Shown in pieces: positions 52,395 through 59,130 of a stretch of DNA of 59,130 nt. This stretch comes from Candidatus Levyibacteriota bacterium (lineage in GTDB: Bacteria > Patescibacteriota > Microgenomatia > Levybacterales > UBA12049). The notes beneath the pieces were generated by a model, which was not told where the DNA came from, searched no databases, and saw only the letters and a list, made by a program, of their open reading frames with translations. The stretch spans positions 1-59,130 of the forward strand of contig JACQHJ010000006.1 of assembly GCA_016199085.1 (NCBI GenBank). Reading direction: 5' to 3'. Numbering within the stretch: the stretch's first letter is position 1; every line of letters starts with the position of its first letter. Made by a program: the position numbers and the translations under genes.

Positions 52395-53813
52395 ATGAAG
52401 AAATTATTGCCTCTTTTGATCCTAATCCTCATGGTAGGATTTTTTAGTGTCCCAAAAGCAAATGCAGCGTCCCTTAGTAACGTCAAAGACACCCTTACAA
52501 CCTCAAGGCCTTCGCCCTCCTCTCCGTTAAATGCAGACCAGGCTGCAGGCGCAACACAAATCAGTATTGTTGATAACGGATCAATTTTCCTTGCTTCAGA
52601 CAGCGCAATATTAGACCTTGATACGGGGCAAACTATTGAAAGCGTAAATGTTTCTTCTATGTCTGCACAAATTAGTGGCAGTCCTAACAGCAGAAACATA
52701 TATTTGAATTCAAGCCTTACCAACACGCACCATAAAGGAACTGCTGTTTGGACAGGGATAACGGCAACGCATACAATTCAATTTACAGTCAACACGTCTA
52801 TTCCTAGTGGCGGAAAAATAAAAATCACCTTCCCAGGTGCTGCATCAAATATTGCATCACCCTCTGCAGCCACTTTTTCGTTTAATAATCTCCAGACTAG
52901 TGCTGTTAAATGCTATCCTACCTCTGCCTGTGACTCTATTTCTGTTTCAGCACCAAGCATAACCTTAACAACCAACGCTACTCAGACAACCGGAACAATA
53001 ATTTATGTACTAATTGGCTGCACAACTCAATCAACAGGAGCTTGTACTGCTTATGCACCGGCCCTAATCAATCCTACCAAGATAAACAGTGCCGGCTCAT
53101 CCGATCAGTGGAGAGTTTTGATAGAGACTTTGGATGCTTCAGATATTGTCTTGGATTCTTCTCCTATTAAGATAGCAACCATTGACTCTGTTCAGGTCCA
53201 AGGAATTGTCGAACCGTCAATTACTTTTACTATCACAGGTCTTGCCCATGGAACAAACATTACGACCCAAAATGCAAGCTGTACGGGAGCAGATATTACC
53301 AATCCGGGCTCTGGACTTGACGCAACAGCCACTTTTGTAAATTTAGGAGGACTTTCAAACGGAAATATCAATATCTCAGCTCAGGAACTCAGTGTTTCAA
53401 CGAATGCATTTTCGGGTTATGTTATTACTGCCACTTCTTCCGGCCGTTTTATTAATCCAGCCACAGGTTTTTGGATAACCGATGCCAACGGAGGAGACGG
53501 TTTGACGGCTAACGATACACCAGCGCCTGCAGTCCTTCCTGCAACCGGTAACCCTGCTTTTGGAATACATCCTTGCGGAGCTGACGTAGCAAGCGGCACT
53601 TGGGCCAATGCGGCAACTGCGTTTGGATCAGGTGCCAAATACTCAAACCCATGGAATACCGGAGTCAACGGCTACTATGCCACTCTGGCAAGCTATAGCC
53701 AGCCTGCAAGTGCTCGAAAAACAGAAGTTGAATACGCGGGAACAGTTGCAGCTACAACTCCTGCAGGAACTTATACGACAGTCTTTACCTTTGTTGCAAC
53801 AGGAACTTTTTAA
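52395..53813 (+). CDS. Secreted beta-rich subunit B (large, 6 Cys)
   Basis: It has a signal peptide ending PKANAAS. It is 472 aa and extremely Thr/Ser/Ala/Gly/Asn-rich. It contains the internal motif SGYVITAT. The extreme C-terminus GTYTTVFTFVATGTF aligns position by position with subunit A. Confidence 0.55.
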   Translation: MKKLLPLLILILMVGFFSVPKANAASLSNVKDTLTTSRPSPSSPLNADQAAGATQISIVDNGSIFLASDSAILDLDTGQTIESVNVSSMSAQISGSPNSRNIYLNSSLTNTHHKGTAVWTGITATHTIQFTVNTSIPSGGKIKITFPGAASNIASPSAATFSFNNLQTSAVKCYPTSACDSISVSAPSITLTTNATQTTGTIIYVLIGCTTQSTGACTAYAPALINPTKINSAGSSDQWRVLIETLDASDIVLDSSPIKIATIDSVQVQGIVEPSITFTITGLAHGTNITTQNASCTGADITNPGSGLDATATFVNLGGLSNGNINISAQELSVSTNAFSGYVITATSSGRFINPATGFWITDANGGDGLTANDTPAPAVLPATGNPAFGIHPCGADVASGTWANAATAFGSGAKYSNPWNTGVNGYYATLASYSQPASARKTEVEYAGTVAATTPAGTYTTVFTFVATGTF

Positions 53814-53816
53814 AAA

Positions 53817-54800
53817 ATGAGGACACTGTCCAAAAATTACTTAAATAAACTTTTAATAACAGTAGCCTTGGTAGCTTGTCTATCCATAGCTTCAACCGCT
53901 TTTGCCCAAGAAATACAAAGAACTTATACCATCATTAACCCCGCCATCGTGCACACCTTAAACCCGGGACAAAGAGCGGAAGGAGTAACCAAAGTCATAA
54001 ACCAAAGTAACGTTGAATTAACATTTAAATTAAACGTTCAGGATTATATTGTCACCGACACAAAAGGAACGCCCAATATTCTCCCCCCGGATACTTTGAA
54101 TTCAAAATATTCTGCAGCAGCCTGGATAGGAGTAAGTCCGAGCACATTTACCCTAAAACCAGGAGCAACCCAAGTTGTCAGTTACTTTATCCAAATTCCA
54201 CCCAATGCAGCACCGGGAGGACACTATGCAGCCATTGTCTATGCTCCGACAACTGTCGCCCAAGAACAGGCAACTGGAGGCACTGTTAATACTCAAGTCG
54301 GTTCCCTCTTCTATCTAACGGTAAACGGCCCTGTTAAAGAAAAGGCAGAGGTTTCAAAGTTTGAAACAAACGGTTTTTCCGAATACGGGCCAGTGAAGAT
54401 ACTAACGCAAGTCAAAAACATGGGAGATTTGCATATAAATCCCAAAGCCAAAATTACCGTCTCAGGACTTTTTTTTAACGAGAAACAGGATCTTCTCTCC
54501 CAAAACATCTATCCCCAGACAGCCAGGGATTTTGAAAACACTTTCGGAAGCCTTTTCATGCTTGGAAGATATAAGGCTGATTTTGTAGGATCATACGGCA
54601 AGGAGAATAACCTACCTCTGGTTGCAAGCTTGTACTTCTGGGTCTTTCCATGGAGACTGGCGCTTGTAATAACGCTTGCAGTCATAGCCATAATTCTTGG
54701 CACCATCTACCTTAAAAGAAAAAAGGAAAAGGGTTCTAAACCACAAGATGAGTCCAGGGACGAGGCTACAAAACCATACAAAGAAGAAAAAGCCTCCTAA
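53817..54800 (+). CDS. Membrane-anchored two-domain beta-sandwich-like partner B (paralogue of 51261-52265)
   Basis: It has a signal peptide ending TAFAQ. Motifs are IQIPPNAAPGGHYAAIVY and NMGDLHINPKAKITV. A C-terminal TM helix is followed by a Lys/Glu-rich tail. Confidence 0.55.
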   Translation: MRTLSKNYLNKLLITVALVACLSIASTAFAQEIQRTYTIINPAIVHTLNPGQRAEGVTKVINQSNVELTFKLNVQDYIVTDTKGTPNILPPDTLNSKYSAAAWIGVSPSTFTLKPGATQVVSYFIQIPPNAAPGGHYAAIVYAPTTVAQEQATGGTVNTQVGSLFYLTVNGPVKEKAEVSKFETNGFSEYGPVKILTQVKNMGDLHINPKAKITVSGLFFNEKQDLLSQNIYPQTARDFENTFGSLFMLGRYKADFVGSYGKENNLPLVASLYFWVFPWRLALVITLAVIAIILGTIYLKRKKEKGSKPQDESRDEATKPYKEEKAS

Positions 54801-54842
54801 GCTTTCCAAAACCTCAATTTTTTGCTATAATTTCAGCCGCTT

Positions 54843-55250
54843 ATGTTAAGCAGTATTGAAGCATTAGAAGGGCAAATGCTACGTCCTTATAAAAGAAGAG
54901 CATATATGTCGGAAAGACACGTAACCCTTGACCCGGCAGATGAAGCAGTTTTAAGGGCAAAGCTCGTAAAATCGATTCTGGACGGCAAGGATCTTTTAAA
55001 AAGACCGGGCAGAAGAGAAATTGCCATGATTGATCCAAATATATCCTCCGACCTACTCCCCTCTAACCTTGCCCCGAGCGAGGTTGTAGTTTGGGAAAGA
55101 CAGCTTGGAAGCCAGTTTTCAAGAGTCTATCTCCCCTATCAAGCCGAAACGATCAGGGAAAGACTCGAAATGGGCTTGGACATAGCCCAGGTTATAGTAA
55201 ACGTAGACCAAAGAAATATAAGACCGGTTGCGCTGCTTTCCGGTAAATAA
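54843..55250 (+). CDS. Hypothetical protein (GC-richer orphan)
   Basis: 135-aa ORF, Arg/Leu/Glu-rich, with no TM helix or signal peptide. A TATAAT box (54826-54831) lies 11 nt upstream of the ATG. Confidence 0.3.
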   Translation: MLSSIEALEGQMLRPYKRRAYMSERHVTLDPADEAVLRAKLVKSILDGKDLLKRPGRREIAMIDPNISSDLLPSNLAPSEVVVWERQLGSQFSRVYLPYQAETIRERLEMGLDIAQVIVNVDQRNIRPVALLSGK

Positions 55251-55308
55251 TATTAGACACGTCGGAACTCAGACTAATACTTAATAGAACTTTATTACAT
55301 ATATCTTC

Positions 55309-55337
55309 TTGACTTACCCTATATAATCCTATATAAT
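55309..55337 (+). promoter_or_regulatory. Promoter positioned for a leaderless fic transcript
   Basis: TTGACT (55309-55314), a 17-nt spacer, then TATAAT (55332-55337). Seven nt lie between the -10 box and the ATG at 55345. The -10 box is tandemly duplicated (CTATATAAT twice). Confidence 0.55.
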
Positions 55338-55344
55338 CATATAT

Positions 55345-56406
55345 ATGAACCATATAACGCATTTTGATAAAAGACTTGAGCAAATCCCTAATAAGATTTG
55401 GTCTAAGATCGCTTATGTAGATGAACTGAAAGGCAGATGGAGTGCGGGAGTAAATCTTAGTCCTGAAGTTCTAAAAAGACTTAAAAGATCAGTTTTAGTC
55501 ACGTCTACAGGAGCCTCTACCCGCATTGAAGGAGGAAAGCTTTCCGATGAAGAAATAGAAAAAATGATACGGGGAATATCAATAGAAAAATTTAGTAACC
55601 GCGATGAGGCTGAAGCTCAAGGTTACTTCGAGCTGTTAAGCAATGTATTTAATGCCTGGGATAGCTTAAAATTAAATGAAAACACTATAAAACATTTCCA
55701 CCAAGAACTTTTAAAATATACCCAAAAAGATCTATTACACAGAGGAAGATACAAAAGCAAAGAAAACCAGGTAAGAATGATTGGGCCAGAAGGAGAAGAT
55801 ATGGGAGTACTTTTTGATACTACTCCCGCCTACTTAACTCCAAAAGAAGTAAACGAACTCGTAGAATGGACAAATCAAGCTTTTGAAAGTAAAAAATACC
55901 ATCCCCTACTTATTATAGGAAATTTTATTGTTGAATTTCTAAGTATCCATCCTTTTGAAGATGGAAATGGCAGATTGTCAAGAATTTTAACCAATTTATT
56001 GCTTTTAAAACAAGGTTATTTATATACGCCTTATGTCTCCCATGAAAAATTGATTGAAGACAGTAAGGCGGATTATTATCTAGCTCTTCGAAATAGCCAG
56101 AAGACTTTTAGAACCGGAAAAGAAGACCTATCTTTTTGGCTTGATTTTTTCCTAAAAATACTTTCAATACAATCCGAGCTGGCAATAGAACTTATGACAA
56201 GCGAAAATATTGAGAGTATGCTTTCCTCAAAGCAGCTTGCCGTTTGGCAATATTTGCAAGAAACAAATGATGCATCCCCTATGGAAATAGCTAAAAAGAT
56301 AAATATAGCTAGAATTACCGTTAACCAAGTATTGAATAAGCTTTTAAAGATCAAAAGAATTGAAAGGATAGGCCAAGGATCAGGTATTAGGTATAGAAAG
56401 AAATGA
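55345..56406 (+). CDS. Fic-family protein (AMPylase-type) with a C-terminal winged-HTH
   Basis: It has the canonical Fic motif HPFEDGNGRLSR. The C-terminal region (LAVWQYLQETNDASPMEIAKKINIARITVNQVLNKL) looks like a wHTH. Confidence 0.9.
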   Translation: MNHITHFDKRLEQIPNKIWSKIAYVDELKGRWSAGVNLSPEVLKRLKRSVLVTSTGASTRIEGGKLSDEEIEKMIRGISIEKFSNRDEAEAQGYFELLSNVFNAWDSLKLNENTIKHFHQELLKYTQKDLLHRGRYKSKENQVRMIGPEGEDMGVLFDTTPAYLTPKEVNELVEWTNQAFESKKYHPLLIIGNFIVEFLSIHPFEDGNGRLSRILTNLLLLKQGYLYTPYVSHEKLIEDSKADYYLALRNSQKTFRTGKEDLSFWLDFFLKILSIQSELAIELMTSENIESMLSSKQLAVWQYLQETNDASPMEIAKKINIARITVNQVLNKLLKIKRIERIGQGSGIRYRKK

Positions 56407-56407
56407 T

Positions 56408-56671
56408 ATGAAAAAACCGCTTAACAGACCAAAATTTAAAAATGAGGACCAAGAAAGAGAATATTGGGCAAAGCTTGACCTTTCAGAATATTTTGAACCC
56501 AGTGATTTCGTGCCCGTTAGCTTTCCAAATCTAAAACCCACCACTCGTTTAATATCCATTAAGACTGCCTAGTATCTTTTGGCTAGAGTTAAAGAAAAAG
56601 CCAACGAGCTTGCTATTCCTTATCAAAGCTTAATAAAACAGTATATTAAAAAAGGAGTTTTTACGGAATAG
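56408..56671 (+). pseudogene. BrnA/CopG-like antitoxin gene with an in-frame TAG
   Basis: Hand translation gives MKKPLNRPKFKNEDQEREYWAKLDLSEYFEPSDFVPVSFPNLKPTTRLISIKTA*YLLARVKEKANELAIPYQSLIKQYIKKGVFTE. This matches the BrnA pattern (EEREFW...tDY...ISIRL...LL..LK..A...GIPYQSLIK) on both sides of the TAG at 56570-56572. Confidence 0.65.
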
Positions 56672-56679
56672 ATCTATGT

Positions 56680-57576
56680 TTAATAACCCATAAAGTATTT
56701 GTGATGCAGCGGGTGTTCCCTCTTAAACTTATCTCCAAAAAAGATTACAAGTTTGTTTCTATAAATAAAGGAGAAACGCTCCGGCCAGAGCTTAACAAGG
56801 AGTATAATAATCAGGATAAGGATTGGTATAGCAAGCCAAAGTGGTCCGAATGACAAAGACGTAAAGAAGTCCCTAATCTTATTTAGAAACTGCCTTAGCC
56901 ATTCTAAGAATTGCTCCCATAAAGATAAAGATTTAAGGGTCAGCTTTCTCTCCGGCTCAAGAGATGGTTTCTCATCTAACACCGCTGTTGCATAAAGCTG
57001 GTAAGTGCCTGCCTTAACGTCTTTTATGACAAATTGATAGTATCCTGTTTCATCCGCAAATGTTGTATACGTCTTATTCCCAAAATGTAAGGTAACTAAA
57101 GCATTTGGCATTGAATATCCAAAAGCCACAGCCGAGCTTCCGGCCTCAATCGTTGTACGCAAAAGTCCAAGAGTTGGAGGAAGAAAAATGTCTTTAATTG
57201 TCGTGTTTTCTTTTATAGGAGGTACTGTCATACAGCTGTATGACTCACCTAGCCTCCTAAAGTCAACGGCATCAAAGCAAAAGCGGGTAAGACCAGCCTT
57301 AACCAGGACTTCCGAGATGGTAAAGTAGCCGTTTTGATCTGCAGTCGTTGCCCTAAGATATACTCCGTCTGTATATAAAACTATGGAAGCAAAAGGAGCT
57401 ATGTAGCCTGATAGACTTAAATAAAAATCTCCCAGCTTTCCATAGACGGTTGAACTATGACTACCCTGAGGAAGCTTATATTGAGCAAGCGTTACTCTTG
57501 CATACAGGAAAAACAAAAAGATTGCAAAGCTAAATAGGATCAATAAAAATAAGGCCTTGGGCAGAAATTTTTTCAT
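56680..57576 (-). CDS. Surface protein with two CarboxypepD_reg/Ig-like beta-sandwich repeats and a C-terminal TM segment
   Basis: It has an N-terminal signal/anchor ending VTLAQ. The repeats are TTADQNGYFTISEV and FADETGYYQFVIKDVKAGTYQLYA. A TM helix (LWLAIPILILIIILLV) is followed by a basic/aromatic tail. Confidence 0.5.
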   Translation of the reverse strand: MKKFLPKALFLLILFSFAIFLFFLYARVTLAQYKLPQGSHSSTVYGKLGDFYLSLSGYIAPFASIVLYTDGVYLRATTADQNGYFTISEVLVKAGLTRFCFDAVDFRRLGESYSCMTVPPIKENTTIKDIFLPPTLGLLRTTIEAGSSAVAFGYSMPNALVTLHFGNKTYTTFADETGYYQFVIKDVKAGTYQLYATAVLDEKPSLEPERKLTLKSLSLWEQFLEWLRQFLNKIRDFFTSLSFGPLWLAIPILILIIILLVKLWPERFSFIYRNKLVIFFGDKFKREHPLHHKYFMGY

Positions 57577-57860
57577 TTGACTTACCTAATTATGCCGAAA
57601 ATAGTAGCTTTTTGCAATTTAGATAAATTTGCAGGTTTTTAGAAGATTTGCTTGGGATACAACATATGTCTATTACCGCCTTACATATCCGGGGGGTATT
57701 TGTCAATTATAAGTGTGGGCTAAAAAGATAAAATAACCTTTTAAGCTGTAGATTTCCACATTAGTACGATTTTTGAAAAGATCGACTACTGAAATAGCGG
57801 GATTAATTGATAACCACTATTCATTTTAGCACTAGATTGCATAACGGATGGCAAAAAAAC

Positions 57861-57889
57861 TTGACAAGAATACAAAAAGTACCTATAAT
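57861..57889 (+). promoter_or_regulatory. Consensus promoter of the AbiEi/AbiEii operon
   Basis: TTGACA (57861-57866), a 17-nt spacer, then TATAAT (57884-57889). Confidence 0.6.
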
Positions 57890-57903
57890 GGTTTCAGAAA
57901 AGG

Positions 57904-58509
57904 GTGAATATGTATACTTTACTGAAACCATTATCAGCAAGAGAGGAACTTATTAAAAAAAGAATATTTATCTTTACTCCCTATGATTTTGAGCGTATTT
58001 TTAACCTTCCGAAACACAAAGTTAAGTATTTTTTGGAGAAAGAAAGCAGTACTGGATTATTTTTACGGCTGAAAAAAGGTTTATACAGCTTAAAAACAGA
58101 TTTACCGGGAGAGGAAGAAATTGCCAATCGCCTTTACCAACCTTCTTATATTTCATTTGAATATGCGCTAGCTTATTTTAATATACTTCCTGAAATGCCC
58201 TATTTGGTAACTTCCGCTACGACAAAACCAACCAGAGAATTTATCATAGAAAGCAAAATCTTTTCGTACCTAACAATTAAAAGAAATGCCTATACAGGTT
58301 ATATTCTTGTAAAACAAAATGGGAAGTCGTTTTTAATAGCCGAGCCTGAGAAAGCCTTGGTTGATTATCTCTATTTTGTAGTTTTAGGCAAGAAACCTAC
58401 AAATGACCGTCTGAATATTTCCTTGCTAAACAAAGAAAAACTTTTTAACTATGCCTTACTCTTTGGCAGAGATAAACTTACAAAGCTTATAAAGGAGCTC
58501 TATGATTAG
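57904..58509 (+). CDS. AbiEi-family antitoxin/transcriptional regulator-like protein
   Basis: About 200 aa. An N-terminal wHTH-like region (FTPYDFERIFNLPKHKVKYFLEKESSTGLFLRLKKGLYSL) and a C-terminal domain (PSYISFEYALAYFNILPE...AEPEKALVDYLY) are typical of AbiEi_4. An ATG at 57910 preceded by AAGGGTG is the more likely start. Confidence 0.7.
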   Translation: MNMYTLLKPLSAREELIKKRIFIFTPYDFERIFNLPKHKVKYFLEKESSTGLFLRLKKGLYSLKTDLPGEEEIANRLYQPSYISFEYALAYFNILPEMPYLVTSATTKPTREFIIESKIFSYLTIKRNAYTGYILVKQNGKSFLIAEPEKALVDYLYFVVLGKKPTNDRLNISLLNKEKLFNYALLFGRDKLTKLIKELYD

Positions 58510-59130
58510 CCAGGATGAAATTAAAAAAATTATAAATAAAAATCAGACTACCCAGTTAAACATCAGGCGTGAATATTTGCAACATTTGTTTCTGTCGTAT
58601 TTTTATAAACAGCCTCAGACTGAGGCTATTTATTTCAAGGGAGGAACGGCACTTAGAGTTATCTATCAAAGTCCGCGTTTCTCTGAAGATTTAGATTTCT
58701 CAACTGGTAACGATATTACAACAATTGAGAATGTAATAATACAGACTTTGACAGAGATTGAAAAGACAGGTGTAAATACTCAATTAAAAGAAGCAAAAAA
58801 AACCAGCGGTGGGTATTTGGCAGCTGTTGTTTTTGACTTCCTTGGACAAACAATCTCAATTCTTTTGCAAATTTCGCTTCGGCAAGGCAAGCAGAAAGGA
58901 GAAGTTGTTACTATTGTAAGTGATTTTATTCTTCCTTATATTGTTATAAGTTTATCAAGACAACAATTGATTGATGAAAAAATGCAAGCTCTTTTAAGTA
59001 GGCAAAAGCCAAGAGACTTCTACGATTTATACTTTATTCTACGCTCAAATCTACTTCTTCCCGAAAAAAAGGCTATATTATCCAAGGCTCTTAAAATACT
59101 GCAAGATTCAGACCTTAACTTCGAGAAAGA
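58502..59130 (+). CDS. AbiEii-family nucleotidyltransferase toxin (3' end beyond the window)
   Basis: Hand translation gives MISQDEIKK...IYFKGGTALRVIYQSPRFSEDLDFST...RQKPRDFYDLYFIL. It overlaps the AbiEi-like stop by 8 nt. It is absent from the ORF track because no stop codon falls within the window. Confidence 0.8.
   Translation, partial: MISQDEIKKIINKNQTTQLNIRREYLQHLFLSYFYKQPQTEAIYFKGGTALRVIYQSPRFSEDLDFSTGNDITTIENVIIQTLTEIEKTGVNTQLKEAKKTSGGYLAAVVFDFLGQTISILLQISLRQGKQKGEVVTIVSDFILPYIVISLSRQQLIDEKMQALLSRQKPRDFYDLYFILRSNLLLPEKKAILSKALKILQDSDLNFEK

Noticed and set aside
52391-52726. A 111-aa minus-strand ORF, and other antisense ORFs (53417-53668, 54311-54809), within the surface cluster
   Set aside because: They lie antisense to long ORFs that have signal peptides and paralogous structure. 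They have no start context or motifs of their own.
55320-55340. A tandem CTATATAAT CTATATAAT repeat, considered as a possible repeat element or CRISPR-like unit
   Set aside because: There are only two 9-10 nt copies, and they overlap a -10 promoter box upstream of fic. There are no spacers or further repeats. No CRISPR array is visible anywhere in the window.
1-59130. An alternative genetic code (UGA or UAG reassignment, as in some CPR lineages)
   Set aside because: All long conserved genes are uninterrupted under the standard code. TGA, TAA and TAG all appear as genuine stops at expected protein ends, for example TGA for fic and the ComEC channel gene. The single in-frame TAG (56570) is isolated and is better explained as a nonsense mutation.

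Overview
A gene-dense, AT-rich bacterial chromosome segment read with the standard genetic code. By inference it comes from a reduced-genome Patescibacteria/CPR-type organism. The evidence is a divergent 16S 5' end, Lys/Glu-rich extensions on NusG, L1 and L10, a split ComEC, a DUF5667-like protein, and very short or absent mRNA leaders.

The backbone is housekeeping:
- The 5' end of a 16S rRNA gene.
- topA and mrdA-mreD-mreC-(frameshifted LMW phosphatase)-mreB.
- def-fmt, rpmB, rpmG and six tRNAs.
- galU and secE-nusG-rplK-rplA, then a 1.5 kb insertion, then the L10 leader and rplJ-rplL.
- galT-like, tagA-like, a second mreB, a sortase and a DsbA/VKOR pair.
- ndk, an M16 peptidase, argS, the two ComEC genes, comEA and leuS.

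The main candidate for an undescribed system is at 49.9-54.8 kb. It is a co-directional cluster holding a duplicated two-gene module. Each module pairs a secreted, Thr/Ser/Gly-rich, Cys-paired subunit with a membrane-anchored partner. The two subunits end in the same 15-residue C-terminal strand motif. The two partners are paralogous two-domain proteins, each with a signal peptide and a C-terminal TM anchor. The module is preceded by a translationally coupled polytopic membrane protein. The layout resembles Firmicute WxL/DUF916 surface-complex loci and, more loosely, subunit-plus-chaperone fibre systems, but it matches neither.

Other accessory content:
- Three AbiEii-family nucleotidyltransferase modules, two of them with non-canonical small partners.
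- A Fic protein followed by a nonsense-interrupted BrnA-like antitoxin.
- An HTH/LAGLIDADG-like ORF that overlaps tRNA-Trp.
- Dispersed, visibly GC-richer orphan genes sitting between core operons.
- An 815-bp ORF-free AT-rich gap.

All family assignments were made by eye from motifs. No database search was run.
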